A DNA stretch of 64,000 nt from assembly GCA_965205915.1 (NCBI GenBank), contig OZ242191.1, forward strand, positions 21,410 through 85,409. Direction: 5' to 3'. Of this stretch, positions 27,379 through 37,818 are shown one piece after another; the stretch's first letter is position 1; each line of letters starts with the position of its first letter. This DNA is from Dehalococcoidia bacterium. Its GTDB lineage: Bacteria > Chloroflexota > Dehalococcoidia > UBA6926. The notes below the pieces were generated by a model, which searched no databases, was not told the DNA's origin, and was given only the letters and a program-made list of their open reading frames with translations. The position numbers and the translations under genes were made by a program.

Positions 27379-27758
27379 TGCCTATCCTCCGGCGGTGAAT
27401 CGGGGTCAGGCGGCTGAACCGTTTGCGGCGTGTCAGGCGATTCGGCGGTTTCGTCAGTTGAGGCATCCGCCGGTGGATCAGCGCGGCCCGTGTTGGGGCG
27501 CGCATCGGGGATGTCGAGGGGGCGGCGGAGTTCGGTTTCGATGTCGCGGAGGGACTCGCGGGCGGACCGGAGGGGTTCGGTTTCTTCGCGGGCCTGAGTG
27601 CGGAGGTCTTCGGTGAGGGAGTTGATGGTGCGGCGGGCGCGGGCGACGATGCGTCCTATCTCTCCGGCAATCTCCGCGGCGCGCGCGGGGCCGACGATGA
27701 TGATGGCGATGCCAGCAAGGAATAGGAGCTCAAGGCCGCCGATGTTGAAAACATCCAT
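27375..27758 (-). CDS. tatB: TatA/TatB-family translocase component (TatB-like, extended C-terminus)
   Basis: MDVFNIGGLELLFLAGIAIIIVGPARAAEIAGEIGRIVARARRTINSL...; stop overlaps the tatC GTG start. The 336-aa track ORF is this gene plus translated repeat. Confidence 0.75.
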   Translation of the reverse strand: MDVFNIGGLELLFLAGIAIIIVGPARAAEIAGEIGRIVARARRTINSLTEDLRTQAREETEPLRSARESLRDIETELRRPLDIPDARPNTGRADPPADASTDETAESPDTPQTVQPPDPDSPPEDRQ

Positions 27759-27883
27759 AGGGCAAGTGTATCTGACGGGTCTTTTTGCCGTTGGTGATTG
27801 GGCGTGGGAATTGAGGCCGGAGTCCGCGTTCCGGTTTTGTTCTCGGCTTGGAGTGCGGAGTTTGGTTGGGAAATGGAGATTGG

Positions 27884-27990
27884 GATTCCCGCGTTCGCGG
27901 GAATGACGGAGGGGGGCGCGGGAATGACGGGGGGGGGGGGCGTTCGTGGGAATGGTGGGGGGTCGTGGGAATGGAGGGGAAGGGGCGGGA
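27884..27990. repeat. Hairpin repeat plus degenerate tandem units and a poly-G stretch
   Basis: gattcccgcgttcgcgggaatgacggaggggggcgcgggaatgacggggggggggggcgttcgtgggaatggtggggggtcgtgggaatggag. Confidence 0.8.
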
Positions 27991-28025
27991 ACTATGGAGG
28001 GGGGTTGGACTCTATAATACGGGGG

Positions 28026-29867
28026 ATGGCTGCTATAGACCCTCGGTTTGTTCGTAATTTTTCGATCATTGCCCATATCGATCATGGGAAGTCGACGCTT
28101 GCTGATCGTTTGCTGGAGGCGACGCGGACTGTTTCTCAACGCGAGATGCAGGATCAGTTGCTCGATCAGCTCGATTTGGAGCGGGAACGCGGCATCACGA
28201 TAAAGTCGCAGGCCGTTCGGATGCTGTATGAGGCGCGGGACGGCAATACGTATCAGTTGAATCTCATCGACACGCCGGGGCACGTGGATTTCAGTTATGA
28301 GGTTTCGCGGAGCCTGCGCGCATGCGAGGGGGCGCTGCTGGTGGTGGACGCGTCGCAGGGGATACAGGCGCAAACGCTGGCGCACGCGATGCTCTCGACA
28401 CAGCTGGGGCTGAACCTGGTGCCGGTGCTGAACAAGATCGACCTGCCGGGGGCACGTCCCGACGAGGTGAAGGCCGAGTTGGAGGACATGCTCGCGATTC
28501 CGGGGGAGGACGTGGTGTTGGCGTCGGCGAAAGAGGGCATCGGCATGGAGGACGTGCTGGAGGCCATCGTGAATGGGATTCCGGCGCCAAGGGGGGATTC
28601 AAACGCGCCGCTGCGTGCGTTGGTGTTCGACTCAAAGTACGACTCGTATCGCGGCGTCGTTGCGTATGTGCGGATATTTGACGGTTCCATTCCACCAAGC
28701 GGGCAGCTTCGGCTGATGTCGAACGGGCGGGAGATCGAGCCACTGGACGTGGGCGTGTTCACGCCGTGGCTGATTACCGCGCGTGACGGGTTGGCGATGG
28801 GCGAGGTGGGGTACGTCGCGACCGGGCTCAAGGACGTGCGCGAGTGTCGGGTGGGGGACACGATCACGTTGGCGGCGCGGCCGGCGTCGGAGGCGCTGCC
28901 GGGGTATCGACCGCTCAAGCCGATGATTTTCGCGGGGCTGTATCCATCAGGCGATACGGATTACAGCGATCTGCGGGACGCGCTTTCCAAGTTGCAGTTG
29001 AACGACGCGGCGTTGACATATGAGGCGGAGAGCAGCGTGGCGCTTGGTTTTGGGTTCCGGTGCGGGTTCCTGGGGCTGTTGCACATGGAGATTGTGCAGG
29101 AGCGGCTGGAGCGGGAGTACGATCTGGAGATTTTGATCACCGCGCCGAGCGTGGCGTACGAGATTCTGCGGACGGACGGCTCGACGTTTGTCATCCACAA
29201 TCCGGCGGAGATGCCGAATCCGACGACGATCGACACGATGTATGAGCCGTGGATACGCGCGACGATTCTGTGCCCAAACGAGGTCGTGGGGCCGGTGATG
29301 GAGCTTATGTCCGAGCGTCGCGCGGAGTATGAGGAGATGGAGTATATCCAGACGGGCGCGGGGTCGTTGAGCGGGCAGGCTCGCGTGTCCATGCGGTATA
29401 AGATGCCGCTGGCGGAGATGCTTATCGATTTCTTCGACCAGTTGAAATCACGGACGCAGGGGTATGCGTCGCTGGACTATGAGGTGATCGACGCTCGCGA
29501 GGCGAATTTGGTGAAGCTGGATATTTTGGTGAATGAGGAGCCGGTGGACGCTTTGAGCGCCATCTATCCAAAGGAGGCGGCGTATCACCGGGGGCGGGCG
29601 CTGGTCTCACGGCTGCGAGCGACGATTCCGCGCCAGATGTTTGACGTGCCCATTCAGGCGGCGATTGGCGGGCGAATTGTCTCCCGGGAGACGGTGCGGG
29701 CGTTGCGAAAGAACGTGCTGGCCAAGTGCTACGGCGGGGACGTGTCGCGGAAGCGGAAGTTGCTTGAAAAGCAGGCGGAGGGGAAGCGCCGGATGAAGCG
29801 TGTGGGGCGCGTCGAGGTGCCGCAGGAGGCGTTTTTGGCGTTGTTGAAGTTGGGTGATGGGGATTAG
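28026..29867 (+). CDS. lepA: Elongation factor 4 (translational GTPase LepA)
   Basis: [31 protein letters not shown]...[19 protein letters not shown]...; start at the internal Met downstream of a tataat-like hexamer. Confidence 0.92.
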   Translation: MAAIDPRFVRNFSIIAHIDHGKSTLADRLLEATRTVSQREMQDQLLDQLDLERERGITIKSQAVRMLYEARDGNTYQLNLIDTPGHVDFSYEVSRSLRACEGALLVVDASQGIQAQTLAHAMLSTQLGLNLVPVLNKIDLPGARPDEVKAELEDMLAIPGEDVVLASAKEGIGMEDVLEAIVNGIPAPRGDSNAPLRALVFDSKYDSYRGVVAYVRIFDGSIPPSGQLRLMSNGREIEPLDVGVFTPWLITARDGLAMGEVGYVATGLKDVRECRVGDTITLAARPASEALPGYRPLKPMIFAGLYPSGDTDYSDLRDALSKLQLNDAALTYEAESSVALGFGFRCGFLGLLHMEIVQERLEREYDLEILITAPSVAYEILRTDGSTFVIHNPAEMPNPTTIDTMYEPWIRATILCPNEVVGPVMELMSERRAEYEEMEYIQTGAGSLSGQARVSMRYKMPLAEMLIDFFDQLKSRTQGYASLDYEVIDAREANLVKLDILVNEEPVDALSAIYPKEAAYHRGRALVSRLRATIPRQMFDVPIQAAIGGRIVSRETVRALRKNVLAKCYGGDVSRKRKLLEKQAEGKRRMKRVGRVEVPQEAFLALLKLGDGD

Positions 29868-30496
29868 ACACCCGCCCCCAAGTTTATGAGGAAAACGAAA
29901 CTTATAAATGGTATTTGCAGTAGAAGGCTAGCCAGACTGGTTAGAGCGGCTTTCCTATATGGCCACAATGACAGGCCCTCTGCAACCGCCGATACTACCA
30001 CCGGACGAGCTGTAAGGACTCGATAATCTGTCAGGGATTCTTTTAACGAATACTGCCATATTCGGAAGAAGAGGAACGCGAGTATGCCGGAAACCAGCAG
30101 GGGGATTGAAATCCTCATAACATGTTCAGCCGCGCCGTACGCGACGTACCCAAGGTTGATTAGATGTTCCAGGTCAAATGAAACCGAAACAATGCTCAGC
30201 AAAATGACTAGTGCCCAAAGAACCCAATTGAACACCGCGCCAAAGAACCACAGTATATGAACACCCAATTGGCGGGACGGATAGGTCGAGCTTTGAACGG
30301 TATCGACGTAGCTCTGTAGATACATGAGCCCCCACGGAGACAAGACACGAGCGACTAGCACAGGAAAGAATCGTATTGTTGTCTTGGGCGCGGGAGGTGC
30401 GATTTGTGGTGTCTTAAGGAATCTAAACAGCGGCACGCTGCACAGTCCAACCAAGCTCAGAATCACGATCAGCAGGTGGATATCAAGGGTTAGCAA
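29864..30496 (-). CDS. Hypothetical polytopic membrane protein in a lower-GC stretch
   Basis: 210 aa, about 6 hydrophobic helices; the surrounding DNA is visibly AT-richer than its neighbours. Confidence 0.5.
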   Translation of the reverse strand: MLTLDIHLLIVILSLVGLCSVPLFRFLKTPQIAPPAPKTTIRFFPVLVARVLSPWGLMYLQSYVDTVQSSTYPSRQLGVHILWFFGAVFNWVLWALVILLSIVSVSFDLEHLINLGYVAYGAAEHVMRISIPLLVSGILAFLFFRIWQYSLKESLTDYRVLTARPVVVSAVAEGLSLWPYRKAALTSLASLLLQIPFISFVFLINLGAGV

Positions 30497-30655
30497 CAGT
30501 GGAATGGATGCGATGCCAAATAGGTATACTCACCGTCTGCCGTGATGCCGCTCATCAGATATACAACGGTCATGATCATCCCTCATAAACGGTGTACACA
30601 ACCATTGGCTGCGTAAGGCAGGAGTCGATGTGGGGACGTGTCCTAGCCTTGCCGG

Positions 30656-31195
30656 TTATCGCCAGCGGCGCATGTCGCCGCCGCGGTTACGCAAGGTCCG
30701 ATGCTTGTCAAATGAGAGGGCGTCATACAGGCGTTGAGCTTGCTCGGCGGCGGTCGCGCCTTCCCAAAGCAGACCGATGGGGTTTTCGTCTGTGCTAAAC
30801 TCACCGAATTCGTCGACCTGGAATATCTGCCAGTACTCGCCGTTAGTCAGAACGGCAGTGATGGATTCAGCGTCGGCGAGTTCTACGTAGAACAGGGCAT
30901 CATCCTCCCAATCCCGGGTGTCCTCAAACAACCTCTTAGCTTCAACGATTATCGTAGGGGCCCCAGTTTCCGTGAACATGGCGTAGTCAACACGATGCTT
31001 TGTATCGTCATTCACGCGGTATTCAGGCAGGCAGTTCGCTGACCGCCTCGGTGCGCCCCAACCAAGAGCATTTAGAATCGGATCGATGATTCGTCGGCGC
31101 GTTTCCCTCTCGTTTGGATCAGCATCGCAATCGTAATAGTCCTCGATAATGGGTTCGACAGCGATGATCGCCTTTTCGACGTCTCGAACGCACAC
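30656..31195 (-). CDS. Hypothetical protein with a possible HSDR_N-like (type I restriction enzyme R N-terminal-like) fold
   Basis: ...VDYAMFTETGAPTIIVEAKRLFED...ITAVLTNGEYWQIF resembles the D-x-(E/D)xK-type HSDR_N motif pattern. Tentative. Confidence 0.35.
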   Translation of the reverse strand: MCVRDVEKAIIAVEPIIEDYYDCDADPNERETRRRIIDPILNALGWGAPRRSANCLPEYRVNDDTKHRVDYAMFTETGAPTIIVEAKRLFEDTRDWEDDALFYVELADAESITAVLTNGEYWQIFQVDEFGEFSTDENPIGLLWEGATAAEQAQRLYDALSFDKHRTLRNRGGDMRRWR

Positions 31196-31286
31196 TGGTC
31201 ACCGCCTTTCTTTCCGTACGGCTATGCGGGGGCAGTATAGCACTGTTGTCCTGTTGGAGGGAAATGGCGGATAGATTGGATGTCTG

Positions 31287-31462
31287 GATTCCCGCTTTCG
31301 CGGGAATGACGGAGGGAGAGCGGGGGGTTATACAATTGGGGCGGCAGGGTTGTGGCCGCTCATGTCCTTCGACACGCTCAAGATGAGCGGGTGCGGGAAT
31401 GACGGGGATGGATTCCGGCTTTCGCCGGAATGAGGGGAACAAATGGGTGGGGCGGGAATGAC
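31287..31462. repeat. Two hairpin-repeat variants (cccgctttcgcggg and ccggctttcgccgg stems) plus half-site units
   Basis: gattcccgctttcgcgggaatgacgg ... gtgcgggaatgacggggatggattccggctttcgccggaatgaggggaac...ggcgggaatgacgg. Confidence 0.85.
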
Positions 31463-31471
31463 GGAGGGGAG

Positions 31472-32236
31472 ATGGCGCGGGTTAATGCGGTTAAGGATCG
31501 GCTGGGTCGGGGCGAGGCGGTTATCGGGTCGTTTTGCAATGTGCCTAGTCCTGAGGCGGTGGAGATTTTGGGGTGGGCAGGGTTGGATTTCGTCATCATC
31601 GACGCGGAGCATGGGCCTGCCGATCTTGAGACGGTGACCAATATGGTGCGCGGGGCTGAGGCGTCAGGGACGACTCCCATCGTTCGCGTCGCTATGAATG
31701 AGCCGCAGAATATTTTGAGACACCTTGATTCCGGCGCGCAGGGGTTGCAGGTTCCTATGGTGAACGGGCCGGATGATGCGCGGCGAGCTGCGGGGGCGGC
31801 GTTGTATCCACCGGAAGGGCGGCGCGGGCTTGCGGGTGTGCGGGCGGCGACGTTCGGGTTGGAGGAGTTTGTGCCTGACTACGCAGTGACCGCGAACGAC
31901 GAGATGCTGGTCATCGTGCAGATCGAGACTGTCGAGGCGCTGGGGAATCTCCACTCGATAATCGGTGTGCCGGGGATAGACATTGTGTTCTTTGGGGCGA
32001 CGGATTTGTCGTCGTCGATGGGGATACCCGGACAGACTCGGGACGCGCGGGTTGTGGATGCCATCGCTGAGGCGGGCGCTGTCGTAATGCAGGCGGGGCT
32101 TGTGGCCGGGACGATTGTGGGGACGGCGGAGCAGGCGGTCGAGTGGCAGGGGCGCGGGTTTCGGTATATCGCGACGAACTTTGCGGGGCTGGCAGGGCGG
32201 GCGGCGCGGGCGTTTGTTGAGGGGGCGCGGGGGTGA
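31472..32236 (+). CDS. HpcH/HpaI-family 2-keto-3-deoxy-sugar-acid aldolase
   Basis: MARVNAVKDRLGRGEAVIGSF...LDFVIIDAEHGP...IVRV...; GGAGGGGA SD lies before the ATG. Confidence 0.8.
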   Translation: MARVNAVKDRLGRGEAVIGSFCNVPSPEAVEILGWAGLDFVIIDAEHGPADLETVTNMVRGAEASGTTPIVRVAMNEPQNILRHLDSGAQGLQVPMVNGPDDARRAAGAALYPPEGRRGLAGVRAATFGLEEFVPDYAVTANDEMLVIVQIETVEALGNLHSIIGVPGIDIVFFGATDLSSSMGIPGQTRDARVVDAIAEAGAVVMQAGLVAGTIVGTAEQAVEWQGRGFRYIATNFAGLAGRAARAFVEGARG

Positions 32237-32259
32237 ATGGCATTACGGGGGTTGGTGGC

Positions 32260-32535
32260 GGAATTGAGGCTTTGGATTCTTCGCTGCGCTCAGAATGACA
32301 TGGTCACGCTCAGAATGACGTTCACGAGGGTGGATGATTGGGGTTACGAAGGTTGGGTGCGCAGTGGAGGTTAAGATTCCCGCGTTCGCGGGAATGACGG
32401 GTGGGTTGGCGGGAATGACGGGTGGATTGGCGGGAATGACGGGTGGGTTCGCGGGAATGACGGGTGGGTTGGCGGGAATGACGGGTGGATTGGCGGGAAT
32501 GACGGGTGGATTGGCGGGAATGACGGGTGGGGGTA
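32260..32535. repeat. Composite repeat: 5' module (GGAATTGAGGCTTTGGATTCTTCGCTGCGCTCAGAATGAC...), hairpin, then 8 tandem 21-bp units
   Basis: ...gattcccgcgttcgcgggaatgacgggtgggttggcgggaatgacgggtggattggcgggaatgacgggtgggttcgcgggaatgacgg... About 150 bp are shared with 32985-33130. Confidence 0.9.
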
Positions 32536-32581
32536 TGGCGCGGGCTAATTCGGTGACGGAGCTGCGGGGTAAGGTGCGGGC

Positions 32582-32947
32582 ATGATACAGGACATTATTG
32601 GGGTGAATATTTTTACGGCGCGTATGGATGCGATGGTGGCGTTCTATCGGGACGTTGTTGGGTTGGAGCAGCACTCCGATCATGGGGATTTGATCACGTT
32701 TGATGTGCGGCCGGGGTTGCGGCTGAATATCGGTCGGCATAGTCAGATTTGGACGGAGGAGAGCCTCGACCCGTTTCGAATGATGCTGAACCTGGGGGTC
32801 GATGACATTCACGCCGTTCATGCGCGAATGGTCGATAATGGGGCTGAGTTCATCCGTCCGCCGGAGCAGGAGGCGTGGGGCGGTTGGATCGCGACGTTCA
32901 AGGACCCGGACGGGAATATGTTGCAGTTGATGGAGGGGCCGGGGTAG
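32582..32947 (+). CDS. VOC (glyoxalase/bleomycin-resistance) family protein
   Basis: 121 aa, ...FYRDVVGLEQHSDHGDLITFDV...KDPDGNMLQLME. Confidence 0.7.
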   Translation: MIQDIIGVNIFTARMDAMVAFYRDVVGLEQHSDHGDLITFDVRPGLRLNIGRHSQIWTEESLDPFRMMLNLGVDDIHAVHARMVDNGAEFIRPPEQEAWGGWIATFKDPDGNMLQLMEGPG

Positions 32948-32972
32948 GGGGGTGTCCGATGGCGCTATCAGG

Positions 32973-33186
32973 GTCGGTTGGGAAATTGCGGCTTTAGATT
33001 CTTCGCTGCGCTCAGAATGACATGGTCACGCTCAGAATGACCGGGTCACGCTAAGGATGACGTTCACGAGGGTGGATGATTGGCGTTACGAAGGTTGGGT
33101 GCGCAGTGGAGGTTAAGATTCCCGCTTTCGCGGGAATGACGGGTGGGGCGCCGGAATGACGGGGTGTCGGCGGGAATGACGGAAGG
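32973..33186. repeat. Composite repeat of the same family (5' module + hairpin + units)
   Basis: gggaaattgcggctttagattcttcgctgcgctcagaatgacatggtcacgctcagaatgac...gattcccgctttcgcgggaatgacgggtggggcgccggaatgacggggtgtcggcgggaatgacgg. Confidence 0.9.
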
Positions 33187-33194
33187 GTGTAGTG

Positions 33195-33548
33195 ATGGCG
33201 CAGGCGGTTGAGTTGACGGGGCAGAAGTGCGTGGCGTGTCGGGCGGATTCGCCTCGGGTGACGGAGGCGGAGATTGGCTCGTTTCATCCGCAGGTTCCGG
33301 AGTGGGATCTGCTGGATGATGCCGGCGTGTTGAAGCTGCGGCGCGTGTATCGTTTCAAGGATTTTGCTGGGGCGCTGGCGTTCACGAACCGCGTCGGCGA
33401 GATCGCGGAGGATGAGGGGCATCATCCGCTGGTATCGACGGAGTGGGGCAGGGTTGCAGTGTGGTGGTGGACGCATAAGATCAAGGGGCTGCACGTCAAC
33501 GATTTCATCATGGCGGCGAAGACGGATGGGTTATTTGATGGCGGGTAG
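33195..33548 (+). CDS. 4a-hydroxytetrahydrobiopterin (pterin-4a-carbinolamine) dehydratase
   Basis: ...YRFKDFAGALAFTNRVGEIAEDEGHHPLVSTEWGRVAVWWWTHKIKGLHVNDFIMAAKTD (E-x-HHP signature). Confidence 0.8.
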   Translation: MAQAVELTGQKCVACRADSPRVTEAEIGSFHPQVPEWDLLDDAGVLKLRRVYRFKDFAGALAFTNRVGEIAEDEGHHPLVSTEWGRVAVWWWTHKIKGLHVNDFIMAAKTDGLFDGG

Positions 33549-33568
33549 GGGATGGATGGCGTCATGTG

Positions 33569-33750
33569 ATTCGGTTGGGAAATTGAGGCTTTAGATTCCT
33601 CGCTGCGCTCGGAATGACAGGCAAATGGGCGGGAATGACGGGGTGGTGAGCGGGAATGACGGGGTGGGGCGTAGGAACGACGGGGTGGTGAACGGGAACG
33701 ACGGGGTGGTGAACGAGGTATTTGATGACGGGTGGGTGAGCGGGACTGAC
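33569..33750. repeat. Composite repeat of the same family with degenerate GGGAA(C/T)GACGGGGTGGTGA units
   Basis: ttgggaaattgaggctttagattcctcgctgcgctcggaatgacaggcaaatgggcgggaatgacggggtggtgagcgggaatgacggggtggggcgtaggaacgacgggg... Confidence 0.85.
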
Positions 33751-33771
33751 GATGATTAATGGGGAGGGACT

Positions 33772-35451
33772 ATGACTCAGGGACCGGCGCCTAAGCCGAA
33801 TTCGTGGCAGGTAACGGATGGGGTGGAGCGCGCGCCGCATCGCTCCATGTTCTATGCGATGGGGTTCACGCCGGAGGATCTGCGGAAGCCACTCATCGGC
33901 GTGGCGAGCACGGCGAATGAGGTTACGCCCTGCAATCTGAATCTCGGGCGGCTGGCAGATCACGTCAAGCAGGGCATTCGGGCGGCGGGCGGAACTCCCA
34001 TTGAGTTCACGGCGATTGCCGTATCTGATGCTATCGCTATGGGGCATGAGGGCATGAAGGCTTCGCTGGTGAGCCGCGAGGTCATCGCTGATTCGTTCGA
34101 GCTTGTGGCGATGGCGGAGGCGCTGGACGGAATGGTGACGCTGGCAGGGTGCGATAAGTCGCTGCCCGGCTCCGTGATGGCGATGGCGCGGACAAATATC
34201 CCTTCGATCTTTCTCTATGGCGGCACGATTTTGCCTGGCAGTTATGAGGGCAAGGACGTGACGATTGTTGACGTATTCGAGGCCGTCGGCGCATATGCGG
34301 CAGGCACGATTCCGTTGGAGGCGGTGACGGCGCTGGAGGAATGCGCGTGCCCCGGCGAGGGGTCGTGCGGCGGCTTGTTCACGGCCAACACGATGGCTTC
34401 CGTATTCGAGGCGATGGGCGTGTGCCTGCCGGGTGGGGCGTCCGTGCCGGCTGTCGACGCGCGGCGCGAGCAGCTTGCGTTCCGCAGCGGGGAGCAGGTC
34501 GTCGACTTGGTGCGTCAGAATCTCGTGCCGCGCGACATCATCACGCGCGAGTCCATCGAGAACGGCATCACGACGGCGATGGCGATGGGCGGATCGACGA
34601 ACGTCGTGCTGCACCTGCTGGCCGTGGCGGATGAGGCGGGCGTCGATTTGGACATTGAGGACTTTCAGACGATCAGCGACAAGACGCCGTATATCACCGA
34701 TATGAAGCCGGGCGGGCAGTACGTGATGTCCGACCTGGATAAGGCGGGCGGCGTGCCGGTGGTGCTCAAGCGGCTGCTGGACGCGGGCTACCTGCACGGG
34801 GACGCGATAACGGTGACGGGCAAGACGCTGGCTGAGACGCTGGCGCCGGTCAAGCCCGGTGGCGGGGCGGGCGTGGTGCATGACACGACGGACGCGCTTG
34901 GGCCGACGGGTGGGATCGTCATCCTCAAGGGCAATCTTGCGCCGGAGGGGGCGGTGATGAAGGTGGCGGGGACGCCAATTCGCCAACATCGGGGGCCGGC
35001 GCGTGTGTTCGACCGCGAGGAGGACGCTTTTGACGCGGTTCAGGCGCGGGATATCAAAGAGGGCGATGTTGTCGTGATCCGCTATGAGGGTCCGCAGGGC
35101 GGGCCGGGTATGCGGGAGATGCTCGCGGTGACGGCGGCGATCACAGGGCAGGGGCTCGGCGAGAAGGTGGCGCTGATTACGGACGGGCGCTTCTCGGGCG
35201 GGACGCACGGGTTGGCCGTCGGACACGTCGCGCCGGAGGCGATGACGGGCGGGCCGATGGGGTTGCTTGAGGACGGCGATATTATCGTGCTGGATGTGGA
35301 CCGACGGGTTATCGAGGTTGAGCTGCCGGAGGCGGAGTTGGCCGAACGGCAGGCGCGGTGGACGCAGCCGGCGCCGAAGCATTCACGCGGGGCGCTGGCG
35401 AAGTACGCGCGGCTGGTGTCGTCGGCTTCTCGGGGGGCTGTGACGCATTAG
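33772..35451 (+). CDS. ilvD: Dihydroxy-acid dehydratase
   Basis: ...[29 protein letters not shown]...CDKSLPG...[14 protein letters not shown] (Fe-S Cys ligands and C-terminal signature). Confidence 0.92.
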   Translation: MTQGPAPKPNSWQVTDGVERAPHRSMFYAMGFTPEDLRKPLIGVASTANEVTPCNLNLGRLADHVKQGIRAAGGTPIEFTAIAVSDAIAMGHEGMKASLVSREVIADSFELVAMAEALDGMVTLAGCDKSLPGSVMAMARTNIPSIFLYGGTILPGSYEGKDVTIVDVFEAVGAYAAGTIPLEAVTALEECACPGEGSCGGLFTANTMASVFEAMGVCLPGGASVPAVDARREQLAFRSGEQVVDLVRQNLVPRDIITRESIENGITTAMAMGGSTNVVLHLLAVADEAGVDLDIEDFQTISDKTPYITDMKPGGQYVMSDLDKAGGVPVVLKRLLDAGYLHGDAITVTGKTLAETLAPVKPGGGAGVVHDTTDALGPTGGIVILKGNLAPEGAVMKVAGTPIRQHRGPARVFDREEDAFDAVQARDIKEGDVVVIRYEGPQGGPGMREMLAVTAAITGQGLGEKVALITDGRFSGGTHGLAVGHVAPEAMTGGPMGLLEDGDIIVLDVDRRVIEVELPEAELAERQARWTQPAPKHSRGALAKYARLVSSASRGAVTH

Positions 35452-35620
35452 GGGAGCTGCGCTACGGCTCTCGGCTCGCGATCACGTTGGGCAGTAGAAG
35501 AGGATTGATTACCGCGTTCCAGCTTGAGTGCCCCGCTTAACCTATATCAAGTAGGGGATTTTGCTTTCGCCGGAATGAGGGGATGCCACAATAGGGCGCT
35601 TTGGTAACGGCCCACATACT

Positions 35621-37129
35621 GTGAGCGAGGGGGCTATCGCTATGACCGTGGATGCACAAACCGGGGGCGGGTTCGATGTGATGGAAGCTACGATTGCGGA
35701 CATTCATGACGCGCTGGAAAGGGGTGACATCACCTGCCGGGAGCTGGTGAAGACCTACATCATGCGCATTAGCACGTATGACAAGTCCGGTCCGGCGTTC
35801 AATTCAATCATCTCCATTAATCCGGACGCGCTGAAACTGGCAGAGGAGTTGGACGGCAGGAATCTGCCTCGCGACCAGTGGGGAGAATTGCACGGCATTC
35901 CCGTCATCATCAAGGACCTGATGCATACGGCCGACCGCATGCCGACGACGGGAGGCAATCTGGCGCTCAATGGGATGATGACGCCGGATGACGCGACGAT
36001 TGTTGCGCGGATGCGTGATCAAGGGGCGATCATCCTGGCAAAGGCGAACCTTGATGAGATGGCGCGGGGCATCAACGGCGCGAGCGGCCTGGGAGGGCAG
36101 ACACGCAATGCCTACGATACGAGCGTGAATCCATCAGGGTCGAGCGCCGGGACGGGTGTGAGCATAGCGGCCAATTTCGGCGTGGTCGGCATTGGTACTG
36201 ACACTTGAGGCTCGATCAGGAACCCATCGGCGTATGGGTCACTCGTCGGTTTGCGTCCAACGTATGGGCTGAACAGCAACGCGGGAATCATTCCTGACGC
36301 GCCAACGTCCGATACGGTTGGGCCGATGACACGTACCGTGCGGGATGCTGCCATTGTTCTAGGAGTAATCGCGGGGCCTGATCCCAAGGACCCGGTCACT
36401 GCGAGGGCAGAAGGTCTTGTCCCTGAATCCTATACTGCGGGACTGAGTTCAACGGGTCTTCAAGGCGTTCGGCTCGGCGTGATCCGGTCATTCTTCGGAA
36501 CAGGTGCAGAGGCCGATAAGGTGACGGCCGTCATGGATGCCGCGGTGGCCGACCTGAGACGTCTTGGCGCAATGGTGGTGGACCCGGTTGAGATCCTGTT
36601 CGCGGACATCATTCTTTCGCAGGGGGGCACTACGTGGGGACGGTGGAACTATGAGAACGGCGATGCTCTCGATGCCTATCTCAAGGGTCTTGGCAATGTC
36701 GCGCCGGTGACCTATGAGGAGTTGAGGGAGATTGATTCGGGCGCGCCGCTCATCTTGCCGTACACGCCGACGGGAGGGACGAAGATGCCGGAGTCCTTGA
36801 AGGCGCTCCGGGAGAGCACGGAATACACGCAGACGGCGGTTCAGTCTGCTATGGCAGAGCACAACCTGGATGCCCTGGTGTACCCGACACTCAGCCTGCC
36901 GCCTGCGCCGATCGGGCAATTCCAACAGGGGAGTAATTGTCATCTCTCGGCATGGAGTGGCTATCCGGCCATCACTGTGCCAGCCGGGTATACGGTGGAC
37001 GGCCATCCCGTCGGTCTGGAGATGATCTCCACGCCGTGGACTGAGGCGACGCTTCTCAAGTACGCGTATGCCTTTGAGCAGGGGACAAGACATCGCAAGG
37101 CACCGTCGTTGGCGCCGGGGTTGTCATAG
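35621..37129 (+). pseudogene. Amidase-signature family amidase interrupted by an in-frame TGA (36206-36208) at the conserved GTDTGGSIR glycine
   Basis: ...[34 protein letters not shown]... Both halves (track ORFs 35621..36208 and 36251..37129) are in the same frame; TGA replaces the expected GGA. Confidence 0.65.
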
Positions 37130-37192
37130 ATGGGAGGGGGGAATCGCAACAGGTAACGGCCTTGAGAACTGTTGATCCAAACCGTGGTGCGA

Positions 37193-37771
37193 TCAGGCGT
37201 CGAAGATGTCTTTGATGGGGACTTTGAATTGGGGGAGGATTTCTTCGGCGGTTAGGGTGTCGGTTTCGCGGAGGGTGGTGACGGGCTGGGCAGGGCGGTG
37301 GGCTTCGATCATCTTTGTTTCCGGCCATAGTACCCAGACGAGTTGGACGCCGGCATCCAGCCACATCCTCGCCTTGTCGTTGATTCCCCGCACGGAATCG
37401 GACGGCGATACAACCTCGACAACGAGATCAGGTGGAACCTCCGCATAGCCCGGCACGTCCGCATCAAGCGCCAATCGATCCCTTGAGAAATAGGCAATGT
37501 CGGGTTCACGAACAGTATCAGGGTCGGTCTCGACCTTGACGCCGGAATCAGACGCCATGAGTCTTCCAAGCCGGTTGGGTTTGATTTCCGCTCCCAAGAA
37601 CATTACCAAATTGACAACGATTTCGCCGTGTTTCATTCCTGCTGACATGGTTGGACAGAATACCCCCCGGATTAGTTCTCCGCGCATTCCCTTTGCGTCC
37701 ATCTTCAGCAGCTGTTCTGCCGTGATGGGCTCTGTTCCGAGGGGCGTCAGCGCCTGTTGAGTTGTTGCCAT
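37193..37771 (-). CDS. Uma2-family (DUF820) putative restriction-like endonuclease, tandem paralog 1
   Basis: MATTQQALTPLGTEPITAEQLLKMD...MSAGMKHGEIV...EPDIAYFS...PDLVVEVVSPSD...WLDAGVQLVWVL. Confidence 0.75.
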   Translation of the reverse strand: MATTQQALTPLGTEPITAEQLLKMDAKGMRGELIRGVFCPTMSAGMKHGEIVVNLVMFLGAEIKPNRLGRLMASDSGVKVETDPDTVREPDIAYFSRDRLALDADVPGYAEVPPDLVVEVVSPSDSVRGINDKARMWLDAGVQLVWVLWPETKMIEAHRPAQPVTTLRETDTLTAEEILPQFKVPIKDIFDA

Positions 37772-37818
37772 GATTTGCTCCCCAGTCATGGGTTAGACGG
37801 CTCCATTGTACTAGGGGG

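Noticed and set aside
27375-28385. 336-aa minus-strand ORF
   Set aside because: Only the C-terminal 127 aa (27375..27758) form a TatA/B-family protein. The rest is a read-through of intergenic repeat and antisense lepA sequence.
36206-36208. UGA read as glycine (genetic code 25) explaining the amidase in-frame TGA
   Set aside because: folP (3622..4503) and other genes in this window terminate with TGA. It is a single instance in a high-GC genome, so a nonsense mutation or sequencing error is far more likely.
36251-37129. Treating 36251..37129 as an independent gene
   Set aside because: It is in the same frame as 35621..36208 and continues the amidase-signature domain exactly where the upstream ORF stops. 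It is one gene split by a stop codon.
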